45,355 bases of DNA from an uncultured bacterium (GTDB taxonomy: Bacteria; CSSED10-310; CAZUFC01). The notes under the pieces were generated by a model, which ran no database searches, was not told the origin of the DNA, and was given only the letters and a program-made list of their open reading frames with translations. This document shows, in pieces, positions 16,001 through 24,683 of the stretch. Numbering within the stretch: the first letter of the stretch is position 1; the number at the start of each line of letters is the position of its first letter. Made by a program: the position numbers and the translations under genes. The stretch is from NCBI GenBank assembly GCA_964619725.1, contig CAZUFC010000041.1, positions 1-45,355 on the forward strand. The letters run 5' to 3'.

Positions 16001-18897
16001 TTGTAAACGAGTGATTGGGATACGGCGTTTCGATCCTCCATTTCCAGGCTCATTTCGAAAGCGCGCTGGACGAAAGATTCCGCGCGTTTGTGCAGAAAAG
16101 CCGTGCCGGCCACACCTGAATGAAAATACAGGGTAGTCATGACATGGGGATGATTGATGTCCACGGGGGTCATGTTGAGCGCTTTCAATTGAGCGGCCAG
16201 GCTTTGCACATGATTATAGAAGTATAAAGTCCAGGTGGACTGATTGAGGATATCCTGTATCAACCAGTCTCGTCGTTTCATTTTTTTCTTTTTCTTGCTT
16301 TTCAGGGCAGAGAGGGAAAGGCGGAGAAGTTGGAAAGCAATGGAAAAAATGGAATCGATTTTTCCGGAGGGCAGTTTTACTCCATGAATGGCCAGCGCGG
16401 CGCGCAGGCTTTTTACGGATTTATCGAAATTGCCGGTGAGACTCTGAACTGTGCCTATTCTGGCGAGGATCGTCGATTTTTCCAGTTTGGAAGCGGACAT
16501 TTGCAGGGCCTGTTCGTAGTTTTGGATGGATTCTGCGAAGTTGCCGTTGAGTGATTGGAGGTCGCCCAGGAATTTCAGTATATATTTCTTAAGGGCCTGT
16601 TTTTTTTGAATCGGCGCGTTCCATTTCTCGATCAGGCCCAAGGCTCTGGAAATATATTGACAAGCATCGGCTGCAGATTGAGCTTCGGCTGCGGTTCTGC
16701 CGGCGCGTATGTTGTAGAAAAGCGCTTTGTCCGTTATTTGCGATTCATTGAAGTGATGAGCCAGACGAAAAGTATTGACAGGAGAATGAATTTTGGAGGT
16801 TCTTTCGAGGTAGCTGCCGATTTTTGCGTGCATTTGAATTCGTGTTTCAGGAGGAATGATTTCGATGACGGCTTTTCTTATAAGATCGTGTATGAAGCGA
16901 TAGCCGTCCGGCACGGAAACAAGCAAATTAAGCGAAAGGCATTCTTCGCAAAAATCCGACACGACATCCGCCGTCAATCCGCTTATTGACGTCATGAAAT
17001 TAACGCTCCAAGCCGTTTCAATCAGTGCAGCCCAAAAAAGCAATTCCTTGTTCGTGTCGCTTAATTTGAATATCCTGTCCCGTATGATCTCCGCCCGTGA
17101 TAAACTCACGTAATTTTCCGGCAACTTCTCCGGATTGAAATGCCATTTGTCGCCCTCACGATACAAAGCTCCATGTTGCCGGAAAGATGTGAGAAGTTCG
17201 CGGACCAGAATCGGTAATCCTTGCGAGACGGACAGTAGTTTTGAAATCAATGTTTCTTCGTTCTCTACACGGACTTTGAGCAAACTGTCTATCATCTCTT
17301 TCAGCTCAACACGCGTGATGGGTTCCAGGCAGCATAACCGGAGGATTCCGGATTGCAGTTGCGTAGATTTTTTTAATCCAAGATACACTGGTCCATATTT
17401 TTCATCAGAGACGGTTTCGCTGGCGATGATCAGAACGGGAAGTTCCTTTATTTTCAACAAAAGCATTTCCAGCAGAGCAAGACTTCCTGAATCAAAATTA
17501 TGAAGCCCGTCAAATAAAATGACCAGAGGAAACGAGTCCCGCGCCAGGGCCAGGAGAAAATCGCTGACTATATTATAAAAGCGTTCCTTTTCCTGCTTCG
17601 GCGCCAAAGATTGCAATTCAGGGCGACTTCCGAGGACATCTTCCAGTTCAGGACATAGATCGATGAGAATGGCTATGTTATCGCCCAGTCTGTGTTTGAT
17701 GTCTTCTATGATGACGCTGTAATCGAGCTGCCGGTGCGATGTTTTTAAAAAGAAGGCTAATTCCGACAGAATTGTACGGAAGGGAAGAAAGGGAGCTTGC
17801 CTGGTTGATTCATAGCCGATCGCTGACAATACCAGCGCTTTTGAATCGATTGTTTTCTGAAATTCTTCGACCATCCTCGATTTGCCTATTCCCGACGGAC
17901 CGGATAAGACTAGAAGGCTGCCCATATTTCGAGTCGCATCACTAAAAGACTTCTGAAGAACGGATATTTCTCTCGTCCTTCCATGAAATGGCATCTCCTC
18001 GGCGATCAAACCCTCACGATCCGAGCTTCCCGGCTGAAACTCGATCAAATCAATGTTATTTTCCTCCGCGGTTTTTACATGTATTAAATCTTTGAGCAAA
18101 CTGTCCGTATTTGCATAACGGGCTGACGGTTCAGAATCAAGTAATTTCCTGATTATCTTCAGATAAGCCTGCGAAGTCAGCTCCTTCTCAAATTTTTCAT
18201 GCGAGGGATAATTAATTTCCGGGACCTGACCGGTCCTTAAAACCTCCATCCCCTTGAAAGGCGTATCAGAAAACAACATTTCATAACCTATAACTCCAAG
18301 AGACCATAATTCAGTTTTTATATCAGAAACATCCGCTTTTTGAAGAAGGCTCTCCGGCGCTTTGTAATCCAGCGTACCGGAAACGCTGCTTTCTTTTCCT
18401 TGTCTTTTTCCCAAAAAATAGGATAATCCGAAATCCAATATCTTCGGATATCCCGTTTGATTTTCGATGATTATATTTTGAGGTTTCAAATCTCCGTGAA
18501 TGATGCCCAGGGCATGAGCGTGATTCAGGCCTTTGGTTATGCCCACGAAAATTTGCATGATTTCTTTGATCTGCAGTTCATTTGCGACGATTTTTTCTTT
18601 TAATGTCGGACCTTCCGCATACTCCATCACAAGATAACGTCCTTTGACGGATAGTCCGAAATCAAGCATTTTAACGATGTGAGGATGATTCATCCTTGCC
18701 GTAATTGAAATTTCACGCTTTAAATTCGTCCAGCCTGCTCCCGCATTTTCCTCTGATTCAGAAGTTTGAAAGAATTTCAAGACGACAGTCCGGCGATTTG
18801 AAGGCGATAAGTCCTCCGCCTTGTAAACCTCGCCTATTCCTCCTATTCCTATAAGTTCCAAAAGCTGATAACGATTATTGATCAATTCGTGTGCCAT
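13045..18897 (-). CDS. Hybrid Ser/Thr kinase - AAA ATPase - TPR - GAF - PAS - histidine kinase - receiver-like protein (1950 aa)
   Basis: GIGGIGEVY, HGDLKPQNI, DFG, APE; Walker A GPSGIGKS; TPR helices; GAF (SILCVPM, GIIYLDN); PAS (TFDSINDSI); H-box GHELKN; NLVKNAYHA, DNGPGI, FFTTK, GSGLGL; C-terminal REC fold. Confidence 0.95.
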   Translation of the reverse strand: MAHELINNRYQLLELIGIGGIGEVYKAEDLSPSNRRTVVLKFFQTSESEENAGAGWTNLKREISITARMNHPHIVKMLDFGLSVKGRYLVMEYAEGPTLKEKIVANELQIKEIMQIFVGITKGLNHAHALGIIHGDLKPQNIIIENQTGYPKILDFGLSYFLGKRQGKESSVSGTLDYKAPESLLQKADVSDIKTELWSLGVIGYEMLFSDTPFKGMEVLRTGQVPEINYPSHEKFEKELTSQAYLKIIRKLLDSEPSARYANTDSLLKDLIHVKTAEENNIDLIEFQPGSSDREGLIAEEMPFHGRTREISVLQKSFSDATRNMGSLLVLSGPSGIGKSRMVEEFQKTIDSKALVLSAIGYESTRQAPFLPFRTILSELAFFLKTSHRQLDYSVIIEDIKHRLGDNIAILIDLCPELEDVLGSRPELQSLAPKQEKERFYNIVSDFLLALARDSFPLVILFDGLHNFDSGSLALLEMLLLKIKELPVLIIASETVSDEKYGPVYLGLKKSTQLQSGILRLCCLEPITRVELKEMIDSLLKVRVENEETLISKLLSVSQGLPILVRELLTSFRQHGALYREGDKWHFNPEKLPENYVSLSRAEIIRDRIFKLSDTNKELLFWAALIETAWSVNFMTSISGLTADVVSDFCEECLSLNLLVSVPDGYRFIHDLIRKAVIEIIPPETRIQMHAKIGSYLERTSKIHSPVNTFRLAHHFNESQITDKALFYNIRAGRTAAEAQSAADACQYISRALGLIEKWNAPIQKKQALKKYILKFLGDLQSLNGNFAESIQNYEQALQMSASKLEKSTILARIGTVQSLTGNFDKSVKSLRAALAIHGVKLPSGKIDSIFSIAFQLLRLSLSALKSKKKKKMKRRDWLIQDILNQSTWTLYFYNHVQSLAAQLKALNMTPVDINHPHVMTTLYFHSGVAGTAFLHKRAESFVQRAFEMSLEMEDRNAVSQSLVYKGLGNLFLGKRAVAEQCFREVINLYSKTGNVSHKILALVNLGIIEIYQGKLSRAGQRLEEARRLSDLVNDDMNKVVSRQYLIIASLFSGDTRRVDQLLRDALKASKNVNDAGVVAGIYRAKAMIEMSRNQSQKALNTLSESCRIIRKNGLAMVYTADIFANLAEYELNDESLRRIKRSKKPGRYLSILRLCFRALIEGKRFPDLKGYSLRSLAHLFDKCNAMFLTRMLFKKAIAAFKDQELHLEAAVTSFQYGCFLEKIDENASVGCFMNAITDFKSFGAWAYYRKTLAKLKKRNLNLLNEKNEDERKNAIDKTKKTIDAILNISLSMHTMMKPGQILERIIDSVLEIMQAERGFIILKTDATVEGISEKFEVKVARNIEKNILNQEEFKFSQGVINSVFTAKKPLVIDDAQADPKFAQQISVMDFRLLSILCVPMIYKDKLLGIIYLDNNREPNKFTREDAKVLTGFAAQAAVIIENSRLLENIIQSKQQWEMTFDSINDSIAILNPEGYILRVNSSTSKILNKEYSNIVFKHYSKIFPFPENSDQNAKPHEAILKTKKSVTQEIKGKDGKYYSISVSPIFDQKGELTSMVQVMRDISDEVALREKLQQSDKLATLGRVIASVGHELKNGMMGIESTAKFCLDQNIEDDSRRWVKLIYKQSQKLRYIIEAMRYGTNPQPPNFKREDINALIRNLIKTMNEIGEVPMNYVRLNLSANLPEFEFDSVQIEQVLKNLVKNAYHAILTGVRNPLIKISTRLDRKSENCLIEISDNGPGIPEKIQEKIFRPFFTTKDHEKGSGLGLYISRTIIENHDGSLNLKNMLRGAMFSISLPLRNRTEPLDIREINVSESNVVRLPENKNRKKGAVRILIVADSQVKRQKLLGLLTERDYRVDVADGFENAFRKIRNKSYDSIISDMQLSRNELLLLNEKFRTTNPDMQNRFIFIIREDIKKTEVNELQGQNIIFISNPLENKEIFRALDKAVGF

Positions 18898-19097
18898 TGA
18901 AAATCCTCAATGCAAATATTCAACAAATTATTCGAAGGAGATCATTCTCGCGGTCAAAAAATGAATTTATGCTCACTTCTCCCTGAAGAGAGGTCAGAGC
19001 TGAAACCAGGAGAAAAATGAATTATTCGGTTTTATGCGTCTGTTATTAAGTTAAGGCTTGTTCATGGTATCAGAACAACTCCCCAGTCAACACATCC

Positions 19098-19126
19098 ATT
19101 ATAAGCAACGAAAAAAGCAAAGTCAA
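19098..19126 (-). promoter_or_regulatory. sigma70 promoter for the hybrid kinase
   Basis: TTGACT-17 nt-TATAAT on the minus strand. Confidence 0.7.
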
Positions 19127-19332
19127 TTGCTGCGCCTTGGTGTAACATAGAAAAAAGCAGTTTTTCGGAATGTCGGGCGGTTCGCCGGCGCCTGCCCATG
19201 GACTCGATTCACGTTTCAAATTATCGGCCATTTCAACCGTTTCGCCGCTATGATCATTCAAGGCGGAATAATTCATATTGCCGTTTTGCGATGAAAAACC
19301 TTTGGGAGAGGGGCCGAGCGTGGAGCGTGGAT

Positions 19333-19360
19333 TTGACATTCGTTTTCACATTCGTATACT
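19333..19360 (+). promoter_or_regulatory. sigma70 promoter for the radical SAM / PilZ operon
   Basis: TTGACA-16 nt-TATACT. Confidence 0.7.
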
Positions 19361-19567
19361 ACAACTCACTGACAATTGGTCTTTTAACGCGATACTGGGG
19401 AAAGAATCGAATTGAAAGACGAACGAATCACGAAATTTATACTGCTTGTGAATTGACGTGATTTTGTTTCTGCATCAAAAAGCCATAATGACGAAATGCA
19501 TGATCCGATAATGGAAGAATGTTCCAAGTAATATTTCATTTTAATAGTCTGTAAACAGTGAGGAGTA

Positions 19568-21208
19568 ATGATGGCAAAGTGTTTCCTGGTAACGTTAGCC
19601 GGGTATCCGCAAGTTTTCAGTCATTTCATGCCTGATAATGGACTGGCGAATCTGGCGGCCTGTCTTGTTCGCTCGGGCCATGAGGTAAAAATTTTTGATT
19701 TTAATACGTTATCCGTTGTGGACGGGTTATTTCCTGAAGGTTTGAAAGATAAGGCGCGTTCAGCATTTGAACGAAGAGAACCGTCAATGATCAGCGATTT
19801 ATATTATGAATTGGACGATTATTGGAGGAAGGGATTCAGGCGGCTAGGCCGTGATTTGACGGAGGCGATACGCCGTGAGAAACCGGATTGGGTAGGATTT
19901 AAATTATGGAACGGAGACGGGTACAAAGCCTCGAAACTTATGGCGGAAGAGATTAAGCGCTTTTTTCCTTCAATGCCGATCATCGCCGGAGGTTCTCATG
20001 CTGACGTATTCAAAGAAACGATACTGATGGATACGGATGCTTTTGATTATCTGACTCACAAAGAAGGGGAGCCGATGATCGTAAAATTTTCTGAATTTAT
20101 TGACGGAAAGTTATCGCTAGAGGGAGTCCCGAATCTTATTTTCAGGAGGAACGGCAGTATTGTTAAAACTCCTGTAGCCCGGGTGGAGAATTTGGATGAG
20201 ATACCGACTGCCGTATACGATGAAGCGGTATATCCGGGATTGAAGGGTGATGAAAAAACGAAGATGGCCACGTTCGAGGAGAGCAGGGGTTGCAGGAACA
20301 ATTGTGCATTCTGCACGCATACGATCAAAAGCGGAGCCCTCAGAATAAAATCAATCGAAACATGCCTCAGCCAATTGGCGGAGCTGAATGAAAAATACGG
20401 ATATTGCGCCTACAAGCTCGGAGGTTCTTTCAGTCCAAGCCGATTCATTAATGATTTAGCAAAAAGCATTTTAGAATCTGGTTTTTCTATGGAATGGGCG
20501 AGTTATGGTCATTTATCAGACGTTCAGCATGCCGATTTCCAGCTATGGAAAAAGGCTGGATGCCGTGCTTTGTTCTTCGGGCTGGAATCAGGCGATCAAC
20601 TGCTTCTTGACCAGGTTCACAACAAGGGCAATTCCATCGAGACGATAAAGAGGAGTCTGCAGGAAGTAAAGTCGGCGGGGATTTTTACGATAACCAGCAT
20701 TATTTATCCCAATCCCGGTGAGACAGAAAACAGCAGAAATGCGACTTTAAAACTGTTGAGTGAGATCAAACCGGATTCGATACCCTGCCATTTTCCCATG
20801 CTGTTGCCGGGCGCTCTATGGGAAAAGGAACCCGAAAGATTCGGCTTCCAGATAAAAAATCCTTCGACATACCGTCAGGAAATATTGAACTATAAAGCCA
20901 GGCTGATGTATCCCCCGGAATTCTGGCCGGAAATTCCCGTAATCGTCGACGGAAAAGAGTATCCTCGATACGCTGCCGAGAATGCTGAGATGGTTATGGA
21001 GCTTGAAAAGAATGGTTTTTTGACTCTGCTTTCGGATGAAAATGCCTTAGCGGCCAGACTGGCCGGAATGCCTGCCAGAGATTTGAGGAACGACACAGCC
21101 AGAGCTTTTTTCTGCGGCGATATCATGAAAATAGCTGATATAATTGCGTCGGTAAACCAGGGCGTAGTTCGCCTGAGTGAGAAAAACGCCACCGGCGATA
21201 ATGATTGA
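19568..21208 (+). CDS. B12-binding (class B) radical SAM protein
   Basis: GLANLAACL...GHEVKIFDFN, PIIAGGSH, EGE, SRGCRNNCAFC, FFGLESGD; GAGGAG RBS. Confidence 0.9.
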   Translation: MMAKCFLVTLAGYPQVFSHFMPDNGLANLAACLVRSGHEVKIFDFNTLSVVDGLFPEGLKDKARSAFERREPSMISDLYYELDDYWRKGFRRLGRDLTEAIRREKPDWVGFKLWNGDGYKASKLMAEEIKRFFPSMPIIAGGSHADVFKETILMDTDAFDYLTHKEGEPMIVKFSEFIDGKLSLEGVPNLIFRRNGSIVKTPVARVENLDEIPTAVYDEAVYPGLKGDEKTKMATFEESRGCRNNCAFCTHTIKSGALRIKSIETCLSQLAELNEKYGYCAYKLGGSFSPSRFINDLAKSILESGFSMEWASYGHLSDVQHADFQLWKKAGCRALFFGLESGDQLLLDQVHNKGNSIETIKRSLQEVKSAGIFTITSIIYPNPGETENSRNATLKLLSEIKPDSIPCHFPMLLPGALWEKEPERFGFQIKNPSTYRQEILNYKARLMYPPEFWPEIPVIVDGKEYPRYAAENAEMVMELEKNGFLTLLSDENALAARLAGMPARDLRNDTARAFFCGDIMKIADIIASVNQGVVRLSEKNATGDND

Positions 21209-23429
21209 TTGTAATGAAAATTATAATTTCGGGAGAAACAAATTGAATTATTTCCACGAGCAAGATGAAATGAGGAGTGTGTTAGATAAGATTGAGCATT
21301 CTGAATCAATTCGGTTCTATTCGAACGCAGGCAGAGAAAACAGGCGTTTCATGCGTTATCCTGCGGATGAAGAAGAGATCAAACAAGCTTTTCTTACTTG
21401 TGAAGAGGCTAAAGACCGAATCCCGGTTCTAGTAAAAAACCTGAGCCTGGGTGGAGCTTTGATTCAATTCCTTGACGAATCACATCGCACACTCCATCAG
21501 TTTGACGGTTTTCTCATTCAAAAACCGGATGGAAAAAGCGTGCATAGTCTTTTCAGGGTTATTCATGAAAGAAACCTCTCTCAAAATTCTAAACCATTGA
21601 AACAAGCAGGCGTTGAATTCTTGCCCGAAGAACCTTTTTTGTCGGCTGTGCATGCTTCTCTTGCCCAAATTAGAAATAAAGAGGATACGACAACCCGACT
21701 CAAAAGAAAAAATGAAGGGTCCGACTGCAAAAAAGCTCAAATTACTCCTCAGACTTATATTAACTACGCATGCAGAGCAAACAGCCGGCTGCAAGTTTTT
21801 AAAAGTGGAATAAACGCTGCGCCCGCTCTGTTGAAAGTAACCAGGATCAATAAAGAAAAGAATTCTTTCGATGCAGAGATGAGCAGAAAAGGCGGATTGA
21901 AACTTGAAAAAGGGGAAGATTATTTTTTCGTTTCGAGACGATATAATGCTCTTCATTACTTTTTATCCCGCTTAGAGGATTGCAGGGAACATTCGTTGGA
22001 ATTCGTACTGCCGGATGCCGTTTATGAAGGGGCATACAGGAAAAGTATAAGAGCAGACGTCAGAGAGGGGCCTTCGATTTACGTCCGGTTCAGGCATCCT
22101 CTGTTACGGGAAAAAATCATTCAAGCGGAATTGGAGGATATCAGTTTCAACGGGTTTTCCTGTCTGCTGAATCCAGAAAAGGAACTTTTGCTGACGGATA
22201 CTTTAATTAAGGAAGCAGAGCTTGAGTTTCCATCGGGAGAAAAAATGCGGTCGGCCTGCAGAATTAAGCATCTTTCGAGTTTGGGCTTTGGAAATATAAG
22301 TAAGGTAGGTTTTGAGATTTTGGGTTTTTATGGGGAAGCCCAAAGAAAATTTGAAGCGGAAGTAGTCGGGATATGCTTTCCGGGAATATCTTTTGCCGAA
22401 TCGGAGGATTATGAGGCCGTATGGAATCTCTTTGCCGAGAGCGGTTATTTGGATGAAAAACCGAGGTCTCTGATCGTGCCTCTAAAAAATGCTTTTTTGA
22501 AAACCTGGCGATCATTGAATCCCTTGTTCAGTTGGTCCAAGTGTTTTTTGTACCGCGATTCTGAATCAAACAAAGAAGCAGGAACCGTTTCATTAAGCAC
22601 ATTGTATTCCAAAACCATAATTCCTCACCAGCTTGCCGTATCCAGCTCTTATGCCAGGGATCGCAGGTCAAAGCTTCAGATACCTCTTCGACTGTTCAGC
22701 GCTATCGATTGTTACACAATAGTCAACGGTTGGAAATACGTGACGATCTATTTCAATTCACAAAACAAATGGCATCAATGGATATTTACTAATTTTGCCC
22801 ATCGCTGCAAATCGAGCCTTTACGCTGATCTGAACAGCCTGGTAATTTGGGAAAATTGTGCAGTATCTTCACCCCCTCCTGAGAAAGATTGCAAGCTTCA
22901 AACAGATACTTTAACGATTCAGGAAGCCGGAAAAGACGACATAAAGAAGATTTCCGAATTTTTACTTAAGATGAGGGGGAGTATGATTTATGATGCTTTT
23001 GATTATTCGCCGGAATTATTTTCTCTGGTTCACATGAAAAACGATAATGAGGGCAAAGTAATCAATCGCGCCAGAATTGCGTTTACGGCCAAAAAGGATG
23101 AGAGGCTCGTCGGAGTGATGCTCTTGGAGAGCGCTGAAACCGGATATAATATTTTTTCGTTGCTGGACAATTGCCGGATATTTTTTATTTCCGATTCCTC
23201 GAAGGCAGAAAAGGAATTGATCGAAAAAATTTTTATGAGGAAGGCGGAAAAATACTTCCGGAAATCAGGAAAAAAGTCTTTTTTATATCTCAGTTCGCCT
23301 GATAATGTTCCAGTTGAGGCGGGCCGGTCGCTTGTAAGAATAGCGCCCATTTATGAATGGACGATTTCAGAGGAAGTGTTGCCTGAATATTTAGCCTATT
23401 ACCATGAAATTTGGGGAATGTCCCATTAA
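21201..23429 (+). CDS. Multi-PilZ domain protein with a probable C-terminal acyltransferase (GNAT-like) region
   Basis: Two complete c-di-GMP signatures, RRFMR...NLSLGG and RKSIR...DISFNG. C-terminal ~350 aa has an alpha/beta GNAT-like pattern (AGTVSLS...HQLAV; RIAFTAKKDERLVGVMLLE). The ATG overlaps the upstream stop. Confidence 0.75.
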   Translation: MIDCNENYNFGRNKLNYFHEQDEMRSVLDKIEHSESIRFYSNAGRENRRFMRYPADEEEIKQAFLTCEEAKDRIPVLVKNLSLGGALIQFLDESHRTLHQFDGFLIQKPDGKSVHSLFRVIHERNLSQNSKPLKQAGVEFLPEEPFLSAVHASLAQIRNKEDTTTRLKRKNEGSDCKKAQITPQTYINYACRANSRLQVFKSGINAAPALLKVTRINKEKNSFDAEMSRKGGLKLEKGEDYFFVSRRYNALHYFLSRLEDCREHSLEFVLPDAVYEGAYRKSIRADVREGPSIYVRFRHPLLREKIIQAELEDISFNGFSCLLNPEKELLLTDTLIKEAELEFPSGEKMRSACRIKHLSSLGFGNISKVGFEILGFYGEAQRKFEAEVVGICFPGISFAESEDYEAVWNLFAESGYLDEKPRSLIVPLKNAFLKTWRSLNPLFSWSKCFLYRDSESNKEAGTVSLSTLYSKTIIPHQLAVSSSYARDRRSKLQIPLRLFSAIDCYTIVNGWKYVTIYFNSQNKWHQWIFTNFAHRCKSSLYADLNSLVIWENCAVSSPPPEKDCKLQTDTLTIQEAGKDDIKKISEFLLKMRGSMIYDAFDYSPELFSLVHMKNDNEGKVINRARIAFTAKKDERLVGVMLLESAETGYNIFSLLDNCRIFFISDSSKAEKELIEKIFMRKAEKYFRKSGKKSFLYLSSPDNVPVEAGRSLVRIAPIYEWTISEEVLPEYLAYYHEIWGMSH

Positions 23430-23484
23430 TCTGAATCTCATAAGCTCCTTTCCGACAGCGGCAATCTCATGGCATACTAAATAG

Positions 23485-23682
23485 TTTTTGTCCATAAACG
23501 GCGAATTTTTCCCAATACTGCGACAGTCTTCGGATTTTCTCAGTCAAAATATAAGCGCCGCCCCTGCCTCGCAAATCCTTACAATCCTTGTCTTAAGAAA
23601 AATTCGCTCGTTTATGGATCAAAAACCGCAGTGACTGTCCAGCATTAAATTTTGAATCGAGATTCGAGTTTATGGACAGGCG
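23485..23682. mobile_element. MITE-like element (family B), 198 bp, with terminal inverted repeats and an 8-bp flanking direct repeat
   Basis: Ends TTTTTGTCCATAAAC / GTTTATGGACAGGCG; CTAAATAG at 23477-23484 and 23683-23690; an internal second right end AAAAATTCGCTCGTTTATGGATCAAAAA at 23598-23625. Confidence 0.8.
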
Positions 23683-23703
23683 CTAAATAGTCGCTCGTCA
23701 GAT

Positions 23704-23736
23704 TTGACTTGACCTCGGCCAGGAATATATTATTCT
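23704..23736 (+). promoter_or_regulatory. Putative sigma70 promoter(s) for the nitrilase-plsC-fabF operon
   Basis: TTGACT-16-TATATT overlapping TTGACC-16-TATTCT. Confidence 0.55.
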
Positions 23737-23875
23737 CTACTGAGTTTTCTTCAGAATCAGCGAGAAGGAGAATCTGCGTTTGACGTTTTGAAGAGGGATA
23801 TTGAGGAGAGAACGAGAGTCATTTTCGAGGTAACAAATAAATGCCAAAAAATTTAAACAAAATGGACAAAGAAAA

Positions 23876-24664
23876 GTGAAGATCGGATATTTTCAGACAA
23901 ATCCTATATTTGGAGAGAAGAAACGAAACGTTCAGAGGGCGCTTGACGGATTGCGGGGCGTGGATGCGGACGTGATTGTATTGCCGGAATTGTTCAGTAC
24001 GGGATATTTGTTTTTATTGCCGGAAGAGGTGGCCAATGCAGCGGAGGAGATACCGAACGGCTGGACGGTAAGAACAATGTCCGAATTTTGCAAGGAAACA
24101 GGGATGTCGGTAATATTCGGAATGGTGGAAAGGAGCGGCGACCGGCTTTACAATTCCTCTGTATTTTTATCCCCGGAGGGATTAATAGGGACGTACAGGA
24201 AAATACATTTGTTCAATCGGGAAAAAGAGCTTTTCAAACAAGGCGATACGGGATTTTCTGTATTTAAAAGAGGTGAAACCTCATTCGGGATTATGCTCTG
24301 TTTCGACTGGGCGTTTCCGGAGTCTGCGAGAACATTGAGTTTAAAAGGAGCGGATATAATCTGTCATCCGTCGAATCTGGTTCTTCCTTATGCTCCCGAA
24401 GCTATGATCACCAGGGCGATCGAAAACGGAGTTTTTATTGTTTTGAGCAACCGGACAGGTGAGGACCGGAGGGGAGATGAATCGTTAAAATTTACGGGTC
24501 GAAGCCGGATAATATCTCCAAAGGGCGAGCTGCTGGCATCATCGCCTGCAGAAAGCGAAGAGGTCCAGGTTGTTGAAGTGAATCCGGAAGCCGCACGAGA
24601 AAAAATGCTGACCCCCAGGAATCATCTTTTCAAGGACCGGCGTCCGGACCTTTATCAATCGTAA
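23876..24664 (+). CDS. Carbon-nitrogen hydrolase (nitrilase superfamily)
   Basis: Glu-Lys-Cys triad motifs LPELFSTGY, YRKIHLF, MLCFDWAFPE; C-terminal DRRPDLY. Confidence 0.95.
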   Translation: MKIGYFQTNPIFGEKKRNVQRALDGLRGVDADVIVLPELFSTGYLFLLPEEVANAAEEIPNGWTVRTMSEFCKETGMSVIFGMVERSGDRLYNSSVFLSPEGLIGTYRKIHLFNREKELFKQGDTGFSVFKRGETSFGIMLCFDWAFPESARTLSLKGADIICHPSNLVLPYAPEAMITRAIENGVFIVLSNRTGEDRRGDESLKFTGRSRIISPKGELLASSPAESEEVQVVEVNPEAAREKMLTPRNHLFKDRRPDLYQS

Positions 24665-24683
24665 ATAATGACGAACGGCGACG

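Noticed and set aside
19070-19461. ORFs 19070-19339 and 19198-19461 as precursor peptides
   Set aside because: They overlap the predicted promoters and lack an RBS and precursor-like composition.
19367-19567. Cobalamin riboswitch before the B12 radical SAM gene
   Set aside because: Only a partial ACTGGGGAA resemblance; the GGGAA-N-GGTG...TCC core and the B12 box are absent.
12844-23682. Composite transposon or integrative island
   Set aside because: No transposase, integrase or tRNA; the left repeat is decayed, and such repeats may simply favour gene 3' ends.
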